A stretch of DNA of 64,000 bases from Candidatus Eiseniibacteriota bacterium (GTDB lineage: Bacteria; Eisenbacteria; RBG-16-71-46): positions 1-64,000 of the forward strand of contig CAVUWA010000001.1 of assembly GCA_963744995.1 (NCBI GenBank). The letters run 5' to 3'. The notes beneath the pieces were generated by a model. That model saw nothing but the letters and a program-made list of their open reading frames with translations. It was not told the DNA's origin and searched no databases. Of the stretch, positions 1 to 7,545 are shown one piece after another. Position 1 is the stretch's first letter, and every line of letters starts with the position of its first letter. Both the position numbers and the translations under genes were made by a program.

Positions 1-181
1 GCGCCGCATGCGCCTGGTCGAGGGCGGCTGCCGAATCGGCGACGTGTTCCTTCGGAATCAGCAGGACGTGGGTCGGCGCCTGCGGCTGAATGTCACGGAA
101 CGCGAGCACGTGCTCGGTTTCGGCGACGCGGTCGCTCGGGATCTCGCCCGAGGCGATCTTGCAGAACAGACAATCGCTCAA
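1..181 (-). CDS. HIT (histidine triad) nucleotide-binding protein, runs off the left window edge
   Basis: Not in the ORF track. TTG start at 181 preceded by AGGAGG; translates MSDCLFCKIASGEIPSDRVAETEHVLAFRDIQPQAPTHVLLIPKEH, the typical HinT N-terminus (CxFC, F-D-I-P-A-H-L-IPK). Confidence 0.9.
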   Translation of the reverse strand, partial: MSDCLFCKIASGEIPSDRVAETEHVLAFRDIQPQAPTHVLLIPKEHVADSAAALDQAHAA

Positions 182-311
182 GATGACCCTCCTCGCGCCG
201 CCGGCGCGCGGCCAGCGGCGGGATCGGATTGGTTTGCGGCTTCCCGCGGCGCAGCGTAGCGCAGGGGGAACGGCGCGCGGGCCCCCTCGCGCCCGCCCGC
301 TCCGGAGCGGC

Positions 312-1850
312 TCACCAGCCGGGCGCGTGCGCGAACAGCTGATGCAGCTCGCGCCGCGCGACCCGGTTGACGTCCTCGGCCCAGAGATCGACCGGATTCA
401 GGTCGTCGGTCAGGATCCGCGCCCCTTCGGCACCAGGCTCGAAGCGGTTGTCCCAGGCATGATTGCGCTGCAGGACGCGCCAGTGCTCGTAGTCGTCGCT
501 GAGCGCGTCGCGCGGACGGCCGAGCACGGAATCCGGGATCGCCAGCGGCCGGTCGGCCGCGAAGACGATCACGTTGCCGCGCTGGGTCGGTGGCTCGGCA
601 ATCGGCAGCGCGACGACGGTCGAGAAGCGGCGCCTGAGGGTCGCCGCCACACTCTTGACGATCGGGTGATGCCAGCCGACCGCCTCGAGGTTCAGCACCA
701 GCATGCCGCCCGGCGCAAGATGTGACTTCGCGAGCGCAAAAGCCTCATCGGTGATCAGGTGGAACGGGATCGCGCTGCTGCCGTACGCGTCGAAGAAGAT
801 CACCTCCTTCTGCCCGTGCATGGTGCGCAGGAACCGGCGTCCGTCCATCTGCGTGACCTGCACGACGTCATCGCGCAGGCCGAACCAGTCGTGTGCCACG
901 CGCGTGACCAGCGGATCGATCTCGACCGCCTCGACCTGCCAGCCGCTCCAGGCGAACGATTCGGCCGCAGAGCCGCCGCCGAGTCCGATGAGCAGCATGC
1001 GTCCGGGCGCGGTGAACAGCTCCTTCGCGAGATCGGCCACGACGACGTAGGGATGCAGCGGGCGCCCCGTGGACTTCTCGATCGCGGTGTGCACGCCGCC
1101 GTCGATCAGCAGGTAGCGGACGTCGCCGCGATCGAGGACACGGATCTCCGCATACGGGCTCTCGCCGCGAAACACGAGGCCGGCGCCGGCCGCGGCGCCC
1201 GTCCGCGCGATCGAGATCGCGGCGAGGGCCGTCAGCACGGCGAGCAGCAGCGGCACGATCGGCGCCCGCCCCCGCCGCGCCGCGACCCACGCGATCCCGG
1301 CGGCGACGAACAGCGCGATCGCCACCGCCCCGGTGAGCCGCGCGACACCCAGCATCGGCACCAGCCAGAACCCGGTGGCCAGCGCAGCCACCACGCTCGC
1401 GACCGTCGAAATGGCGTAGAGATCTCCTGCGGTGCGTCCGACTTCGTCGAGCCGCCGCGCCCGCAGCCGGATCGCGTAGGGGCTCACCATGCCGAGCAGC
1501 GCGAGCGGCGGGAAGAACAGCAGCGTCGACGTGACCAGGACCGCGGCGCGCAGGCCGAGGTGCGACGTGGCGGCGAGCAGCGGATGCCGGAGCCACGGCA
1601 CCACGATCAGCCACGCCCCCGCACCGGCGAGCAGCAGCGCGAGGCGCGCGGCAACCGGGCCACGGTCCGCCCAGCGGCCGCCGAGGGCGTAACCGGCCGC
1701 CAGCGCGGCCAGCGTCACCGAGATGAGCGCCGACCACAGGAACAGGCCCATGCCGTAGAACGGGCCGAGGATCCGAGTGCCGAGGATCTCCACCGCCAGC
1801 ACTGCAGCGCCCGAGATCGAGACCACGGCGTAGAGGGCGAGCGTGTTCAT
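312..1850 (-). CDS. Fused membrane domain / spermidine-synthase-like SAM-dependent transferase
   Basis: About 7 N-terminal TM helices (EILGTRILGPFYG, GDLYAISTVAS), then a class I SAM fold (LLIGLGGGS, VEID, DGRRFL, DAY, LTDDLNP). Start set at MNTLAL. Confidence 0.85.
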   Translation of the reverse strand: MNTLALYAVVSISGAAVLAVEILGTRILGPFYGMGLFLWSALISVTLAALAAGYALGGRWADRGPVAARLALLLAGAGAWLIVVPWLRHPLLAATSHLGLRAAVLVTSTLLFFPPLALLGMVSPYAIRLRARRLDEVGRTAGDLYAISTVASVVAALATGFWLVPMLGVARLTGAVAIALFVAAGIAWVAARRGRAPIVPLLLAVLTALAAISIARTGAAAGAGLVFRGESPYAEIRVLDRGDVRYLLIDGGVHTAIEKSTGRPLHPYVVVADLAKELFTAPGRMLLIGLGGGSAAESFAWSGWQVEAVEIDPLVTRVAHDWFGLRDDVVQVTQMDGRRFLRTMHGQKEVIFFDAYGSSAIPFHLITDEAFALAKSHLAPGGMLVLNLEAVGWHHPIVKSVAATLRRRFSTVVALPIAEPPTQRGNVIVFAADRPLAIPDSVLGRPRDALSDDYEHWRVLQRNHAWDNRFEPGAEGARILTDDLNPVDLWAEDVNRVARRELHQLFAHAPGW

Positions 1851-1863
1851 GGATTCCCCTTCT

Positions 1864-2217
1864 TCAACGCGAGGTGTCGGGCATCGCGCGAATCTCGCCA
1901 CTCTCCTCGAGCACGACGGGGTAGCCCTCGAGCATCACGGGCAGGCGCGCGCGCAGGGTCGCATCGAGCTGGACCACCATGATCTTCACGCACGGCGTCC
2001 CGTCATCCGTGCGGCTCTCGGAGATTCCGACCACACCGGGCACCGCCATGAGCGAGTCGTCGTGCGCGCGGATGACCTCGGCGATCGTGGGACGGGTCAC
2101 GGTGTTCTCCTTCGCGGCCGGCGCGGGCCCCGCGGCGCGGCAGCCACCGGCCGCGGCGCAGAGGCAGGCCAGCGCGAGCGCCACGAGGGCGGGACGGATC
2201 CGGGCAGCGGGCGTCAC
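1864..2217 (-). CDS. Small lipoprotein resembling the pro-domain of the upstream S1 protease
   Basis: C-terminal part of ORF 1864..3579. Hydrophobic signal ending AAAGGC; body H..SLMAVPGVVGI...CVKIMV...LPVMLEGYPVVLEESGEIRAM. The GTG start at 2217 is uncertain. Confidence 0.75.
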   Translation of the reverse strand: MTPAARIRPALVALALACLCAAAGGCRAAGPAPAAKENTVTRPTIAEVIRAHDDSLMAVPGVVGISESRTDDGTPCVKIMVVQLDATLRARLPVMLEGYPVVLEESGEIRAMPDTSR

Positions 2218-2261
2218 CGCCGGACCATGAACGAGTGACGCGCGAGCGTCAACGAACGGCA

Positions 2262-2287
2262 CGGGGCGCCCCGTGAGAGGCGCCCCG
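2262..2287 (-). terminator. GC hairpin downstream of the protease gene
   Basis: CGGGGCGCC-8 nt-GGCGCCCCG, 9-bp stem; weak U-tract. Confidence 0.4.
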
Positions 2288-2321
2288 CGTCCACGCTGCC
2301 TTCCGATACGGATGGAATCGA

Positions 2322-3479
2322 TCAGTTGCCGACCATCGACGCGCCGAGGTAGCCGAGCACCTCGCCGATCGGCTGCGCGACCGCGACCGTGCTGCTGCCG
2401 GCATACAGCAGACCGACGGCGCGCGGGTTGGTGCTCACGTCCTCGACCATCAGCGAACCGGAGTCGCCTGAATCGAGGAACTTGCTGCCCCGGTTCTTGA
2501 CGGTGATCTGGCCGGTGAAGGTCTTCGTGAACGAATTCCCGGCGCACTCGTCGCTGTAGCCGACGCTGATCGTGGCGTTGAGCCCGTCGATCGAACTGCG
2601 GCTGAGCCCCGTCGTGCGGCCCATCTTCTTCACGGCCTGGCCCACCGACGCGGCGACCGTCGAGGCCGACAGCGTGCCGATGTTCAGAATCGCGCCGTCG
2701 GTACGGACCATGCCCGACACCACTTCCGCGATCGCGACGTCCACGTTGGGCGTCGAGTTCGGCGGATAGAGCGTCGAGAGCGACGACAGATGCGCCACGA
2801 CCTGCGCGTTGGCGGAATTGCAGCCCACGTCGATCAGGCCCGGCTGGTCCATGTCGTCGCCGAGCGACGAGACGGTGCCGTTGCCGCCGGGGACGACGTC
2901 GCCGGCCATCACATGGCTGTTGCTCATGATGTACTGCTTGCCGCCCCGGGTGACCAGCGAGCCGAAGGTGCCGCCGCAGCAGTAGCCGTTGGCGAGGTCG
3001 CCGGCCGGGCCGCCGGAGGTACCGAGCGAGATCGGCGGCGTCTGCCTGGCCTTGGGGTCCGCCCCGCCGCCGCCGCCACCGCCACCGCCACCGCCGCCGG
3101 GAGGACCCTTCATGGCGATGATCTTGCCGGTGACCTCCTGAACGACGTCGAGGCCGTCCAGCTTCACCGGGAGCAACCCGTAGGCCATCTGCCGTTCGGT
3201 GTAGATCTTGATCACGGCGTTGCCGCTCGCATCCACGCTGGTCGCCGTGCCGACGACGCCGTCGATGGCCATGATGTCCGGCGTGTGACGATCCTGGATG
3301 CGCATGGCCGCCTGAATGGCCGGGCTGCGCGCGTCGAGGAGGGAGGCGGTTCCGGCGTCGGACCCGGGCGATAGAGGTGCGGAGGACTTTCCGCAGCCCC
3401 AGACCGCCAGCGAGGCGACGATCGCAACCGCCCCCAGAACGAGAAGCCGCTTCGACGCCCTGCTGAAAGGCACCATCAT
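2322..3479 (-). CDS. Lipoprotein trypsin-like (S1, Nal1-like) serine protease with pro-domain and Gly12 linker
   Basis: Lipobox LAVWGC; triad motifs SNSHV, VDVAIA and GDSGS; KMGRTTG. Confidence 0.85.
   Translation of the reverse strand: MMVPFSRASKRLLVLGAVAIVASLAVWGCGKSSAPLSPGSDAGTASLLDARSPAIQAAMRIQDRHTPDIMAIDGVVGTATSVDASGNAVIKIYTERQMAYGLLPVKLDGLDVVQEVTGKIIAMKGPPGGGGGGGGGGGGADPKARQTPPISLGTSGGPAGDLANGYCCGGTFGSLVTRGGKQYIMSNSHVMAGDVVPGGNGTVSSLGDDMDQPGLIDVGCNSANAQVVAHLSSLSTLYPPNSTPNVDVAIAEVVSGMVRTDGAILNIGTLSASTVAASVGQAVKKMGRTTGLSRSSIDGLNATISVGYSDECAGNSFTKTFTGQITVKNRGSKFLDSGDSGSLMVEDVSTNPRAVGLLYAGSSTVAVAQPIGEVLGYLGASMVGN
3063..3098 (-). repeat. (GGN)12 poly-glycine linker
   Basis: 12 consecutive Gly codons (mixed GGC/GGT/GGG) between the pro-domain and the protease domain. 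Confidence 0.9.
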
Positions 3480-3573
3480 CGCGATCTCCTGCTGGGAGTG
3501 GGGGGAAACGATGCAGCGTCAGCGTGGACGCCGGACCGCGGCCGGTCCGGCGCGCGGAGCGTACACAATTTCC

Positions 3574-3605
3574 TGACATTCGCGAGGGGAAAAATTACGT
3601 GTCAA
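3574..3605 (-). promoter_or_regulatory. Putative -35 (TTGACA) embedded in a TGACA-N21-TGTCA inverted repeat upstream of the protease
   Basis: AT-rich patch; perfect TTGACA on the minus strand at 3605-3600; -10 is poor. Confidence 0.4.
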
Positions 3606-3627
3606 CGGACGTCTCTTCGCCTCGGCG

Positions 3628-4764
3628 TCATTTACCCACCATTTGTTCGATGATCGCACGAACGGCCGCAGCCCGCGCGGAGTCCGGCGCGAGCGCGAGG
3701 TAACGCTCGAACTCGGCACGCGCGGCGGCCACGCGGCCGAGGCGATCGAGCAGTGCGCCGGCATTGAAATGTGGATCCGCCCATGTGGTGTCGCGGCGCA
3801 CGGCCTCGCGATACGCCTCGAGCGCCTGCTCCGGCCTGCCGATGCGATCGCGCGCGATACCGAGGTTGTAGGCGCTGCGCGCATCGGCGCGATCGAGCAC
3901 GCTCGCTCGAGCGAGCGAGACCGCGGCGGCGCCATTTTCGCCCGCCCGCAGCTCGGCCGCGCCCCGTGCCGCCCACAGATCGGCGCGCGTCGAGTCGAGG
4001 GCGAGCGCCGCGGCCCACGCGGCGGCTGCGTCCGCGGGGCGCCCGAGCCGATCCAGCGCGCGGCCGCGCTGGACGTGCGCCTCGAACAACCCGGGCCGCG
4101 CGGCGAGGGCCGCGTCGAACCACGTGAGCGCACTGTCCGCGCGACCGGCGTGGAGCCACACGAGGCCGAGCTCGGCCATGGGCGGGGCGGCTCCCGGATC
4201 GGCGGCGACGGCCCGGCGCGCCGCGCCGAGCGCGGCGGCGGAGTCGCCCGCCGCATCGTAGAGACGCGCCAGCGCCAGATGCGCGCCCGCGAGCGACGGG
4301 TCGAGGCGCACCGCGTGCTCGAGGTGGGCGCGGGCGCCGGCGCCGCCGCCCGGCGCCCCGCCCAGCGCGAGGCCCAGATGGTAGTGCGCCCGGGCGTTCG
4401 CCGGATCCAGCTCGAGCGCGCGCTGCAGGAGCGGAATCGCCCGATCGCGCTCGCCCAGGTGGAGCGCGCAGAGCCCCTCGGCGAACAGGGCTTCCGGCAG
4501 TTCCACGCCGGTGTCGGTGGATCGCCGGAACAGGCGCAACGCCTCCAGGTAGTGCCCGCTCCTGAACGGGCCGAGGCCCTCGCGATAGAAGCGCCGCGCC
4601 CTTGCCGAGTCGCGCGGCGATGCGGCGAACGTCGCGCTGCCCACGCCGGCGGCAGGCACGGGATCGGGCGCCGCGGCCCCCGCGAGCGCCGCGAGCAGGA
4701 GCGCAGCGGCCGGCGCGGTGCGACGGCGCTGCGGGCGGCCGTCCCCTACCGGCGTGCGCCGCAC
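3628..4764 (-). CDS. Exported tetratricopeptide repeat protein
   Basis: Signal peptide plus repeated TPR units (ALELDPANARAHYHLG, AYNLGIA, HFNAGAL). Confidence 0.88.
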   Translation of the reverse strand: MRRTPVGDGRPQRRRTAPAAALLLAALAGAAAPDPVPAAGVGSATFAASPRDSARARRFYREGLGPFRSGHYLEALRLFRRSTDTGVELPEALFAEGLCALHLGERDRAIPLLQRALELDPANARAHYHLGLALGGAPGGGAGARAHLEHAVRLDPSLAGAHLALARLYDAAGDSAAALGAARRAVAADPGAAPPMAELGLVWLHAGRADSALTWFDAALAARPGLFEAHVQRGRALDRLGRPADAAAAWAAALALDSTRADLWAARGAAELRAGENGAAAVSLARASVLDRADARSAYNLGIARDRIGRPEQALEAYREAVRRDTTWADPHFNAGALLDRLGRVAAARAEFERYLALAPDSARAAAVRAIIEQMVGK

Positions 4765-4789
4765 GAGATCCGCCCGCGACGATCGAGCG

Positions 4790-5320
4790 TCACGCGCCGT
4801 GGGTCACGACGACGGCGAGCATCTCGCGCAGGCGTTCCAGGTGATGATCGTCGTGCTCCGCCATGAAGTACGTGAGATCCACGACGCGCATCGGCTGGCC
4901 GAGCCTGGGATGCGGAATCGCGCGCGCCAGCACCTCGGGCCGCATGCGCTCGACCCGCGCGCAGAAGCGCTCGCGCGCGGCACGAAAGGCACCCAGGACC
5001 ACGGCCGGCGACCGCGCATTGTGGTTCGCGTTCCATGTGGCGCGGTTCTCGAGATCGGCGGGCGACAGCGTGCCTGCAGCTCCTTCGAAGTCGTCGAGGC
5101 GCCGTTCGGACAGCGCTTCGAGATCGTGGAGATGGCCGACGTTCTCGAGGATCGACCAGCCCCCGTCGACGCGCACCGCGAGCCGCTCGGCGGGAACGCC
5201 GTCGAGCAACGCCTCGATGCGATCCGGCGTGCGCCGCAGCCTGCCGATGAGATCCGGCAGCCGGTCGTCGGCAAGCCCGAGCTCGAACTTTCTGTCGAAC
5301 CACTTCGGGGTCGGGGTCAT
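4790..5320 (-). CDS. DinB family protein
   Basis: Start MTPTPKWFDRKF after AAAGGAG; WSILENVGHL and EHDDHH metal-binding motifs. Confidence 0.85.
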   Translation of the reverse strand: MTPTPKWFDRKFELGLADDRLPDLIGRLRRTPDRIEALLDGVPAERLAVRVDGGWSILENVGHLHDLEALSERRLDDFEGAAGTLSPADLENRATWNANHNARSPAVVLGAFRAARERFCARVERMRPEVLARAIPHPRLGQPMRVVDLTYFMAEHDDHHLERLREMLAVVVTHGA

Positions 5321-5567
5321 GCAGTTGCTCCTTTCGGCGGGAAGGGACCGCCCCGCGGCGCGAGCATACGACCGGCCGGGCCGGGTCGCACGGGGCACGC
5401 TGAAAATTTGCGCACCGTGAACACCCCCTCCCCCGGCCTGCGCGGCCGCGCCGGTGGGGCGTGGCGCGCCGGACGTGAGAACCCGCGGCATCTGGTAGCA
5501 TCCGCCGGCGTACGTACGACGACATTCCGCAGACTTCGCAAGAATTCGCACTGGAGGACACCGGGAC

Positions 5568-6428
5568 ATGATGCATCGTGAGATCCGCAGGACCCTGCTG
5601 GCGGGGATGCTGCTCGCCCTCTGTGCGCTGCCCGCGCACGCCGACCTCGTTCTGCCGCGGGTGAGCCCGTCGGCGTTCGTGGCGCAGACCATCGCCACCA
5701 CGCGGCTCGAGGTGAGCTACAACCGACCGGGCGTCAAGGGGCGCGTGATCTGGGGCGATCTCGTGCCCTACGACACGATCTGGCGCACCGGCGCGAACGA
5801 GGCCACGACGTTCGAGACCGACCACGACGTGACCGTCGGCGGTGAACCCCTGGCGGCCGGCAAGTACGCCCTGTTCACGATCCCCGGCCGTGACGCATGG
5901 ACCGTCGTGTTCAATTCGCAGGCGGACCAGTGGGGCGCGTTCGACCACGACACCACGAAAGACGTCGTGAAGATCCGGGTGAAGCCCGAGAGCGCGGCCC
6001 ACGAGGAGTGGATGCGGTTCTCGTTCGAAAACCTCACCAACCGCAGCGGCGACCTCGTGCTGCGCTGGGAGGAACTGGCGGTGCCGATCCACATCGAGGC
6101 CGGAATCGATTCGATCCTCCTCGACGTGAAAGCCGCGATGGCCGACGTCAAGAAGGACGACTGGCGCACCCCCTACCGTGCGGCGGGCTTCTGCCTCGAC
6201 TACGAGGTGAACACCGAAGAGGGCCGTGCCTGGGCGGAGCAGTCGACGAAGGCCCAGGAGAACTACTACAACCTCAGCCTGCTCGCGCGCTACATGGCCG
6301 CTGCCGGCAACACGAAGCAGGCGATCAAGCTGGGCGAGAAGGCCATCGAAACCGGCCGTAAGGCGGATCCGCCGACCATTACGCTGCCGACCGAGCGGCT
6401 GGTCGAGCAGTGGAAAGCGGGAAACTGA
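5568..6428 (+). CDS. DUF2911 domain exported protein with C-terminal TPR-like helices
   Basis: Signal peptide; PRVSP, YNRPGVKGR.IWG.LVPY..WRTGANEAT, GKYALFTIP; GGAGG RBS. Confidence 0.88.
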   Translation: MMHREIRRTLLAGMLLALCALPAHADLVLPRVSPSAFVAQTIATTRLEVSYNRPGVKGRVIWGDLVPYDTIWRTGANEATTFETDHDVTVGGEPLAAGKYALFTIPGRDAWTVVFNSQADQWGAFDHDTTKDVVKIRVKPESAAHEEWMRFSFENLTNRSGDLVLRWEELAVPIHIEAGIDSILLDVKAAMADVKKDDWRTPYRAAGFCLDYEVNTEEGRAWAEQSTKAQENYYNLSLLARYMAAAGNTKQAIKLGEKAIETGRKADPPTITLPTERLVEQWKAGN

Positions 6429-6459
6429 CGGGCCCTCCGGGCCGTGGTTGTGGCATGAT

Positions 6460-6490
6460 CCGGGCGGATCCGCGATGCGGGTCCGCCCGG
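6460..6490. other. 14-bp hairpin in intergenic region
   Basis: CCGGGCGGATCCGC-GAT-GCGGGTCCGCCCGG (one G-U pair). Confidence 0.5.
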
Positions 6491-6581
6491 TGCCGTTCCG
6501 GAACCGTTCCGGAAGGGCGCGCCGCCGAAAGACGGGACGCATTGCCCGTCCGCGTCGACTTCGTCAGGGAGATGACGTCTT

Positions 6582-7454
6582 ATGCGCAGACCCGCACTCA
6601 TCGCGCTCATCGCGGCCATCGTCGTCCTGCTCGGCGTAGGCGGCGTGTTCTTCATGAAATACCGGCAGGCCGACTCCGACTACCGCGCCATGAAGACGAT
6701 GGAAGCGGAGACCCGTGACCGCTACGGCGAGGCCATCGGCGAGATCGCGGCCATTCAGGACAGTCTGAACGCGATCGTGCTCGGCGATTCCGCCGCGGCG
6801 CTGCTGCCGGCGGACCTGCAGGCCGAGCGACGCCTGATGGAGACGCGCGGCGACATGGCGCTCGCCCGCATCGCCGTCCTGAAGGCCGGCATCGAGCGCA
6901 CCAAGCAGCGCATTCAGGAGCTGGACGAGAGCCTCAAGAAGAGCGGGGTCAAGGTGGTGGGGCTCGAGCGCATGGTCGCCAACCTCCGGCGTTCGGCGGC
7001 GCGCAAGGAAGAGGAGATCGCGCGCCTGACGGGCCAGGTCGGCGAACTGCAGACCCAGGTCACCGGCCTCACCGCCGAGGTCCAGGCGCGCCAGGATTCG
7101 CTCGCGGCGCAGGCCGAGGCGCTCGAGCTCAAGCGGCGCGAGGCGAGCACGATCTACTACGTGATCGGGACCAAGAAGGAGCTGCTCGATGCGGGGGTGG
7201 TCCAGGCCCGCGGCGGCATCCTCGGTCTCGGCAAGACGCTCGAGCCGACCGGCAAGTTGGATGTGAGTCTCTTCACGGCTGTGGACACGGACTACCAGCA
7301 CTTGATCCGCATTCCGTCGACGCGGGCCCGCGTGCTCAGCTCGCAGCCGGAGACGAGCTACTCGCTGCAGGCGACCGACAGCGGGATGGAGCTCGTGATC
7401 CTCGATCCGGTCGAGTTTCGCCACGTCAAGCACCTGCTGATCATGACGTCGTGA
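6582..7454 (+). CDS. Membrane-anchored coiled-coil protein (resembles a Bacteroidota family, possibly Cbp1-like)
   Basis: N-terminal TM helix, long heptad region, C-terminal YYVIGTKKELLDAGVV..GG.LG.GKT domain. Confidence 0.7.
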   Translation: MRRPALIALIAAIVVLLGVGGVFFMKYRQADSDYRAMKTMEAETRDRYGEAIGEIAAIQDSLNAIVLGDSAAALLPADLQAERRLMETRGDMALARIAVLKAGIERTKQRIQELDESLKKSGVKVVGLERMVANLRRSAARKEEEIARLTGQVGELQTQVTGLTAEVQARQDSLAAQAEALELKRREASTIYYVIGTKKELLDAGVVQARGGILGLGKTLEPTGKLDVSLFTAVDTDYQHLIRIPSTRARVLSSQPETSYSLQATDSGMELVILDPVEFRHVKHLLIMTS

Positions 7455-7488
7455 TTCCGCGGCGCCGCGGCGCCGTCATGCCGTGACC

Positions 7489-7529
7489 GCGAAAGGCCCC
7501 CGCGGTGACCGTGTCGCGGGGGCCTTCGC
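7489..7529. terminator. Hairpin between convergent genes (probable bidirectional terminator)
   Basis: AAGGCCCCCGCG ... CGCGGGGGCCTT, 12-bp stem. Confidence 0.65.
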
Positions 7530-7545
7530 GCGCGGCGCGGATCCG

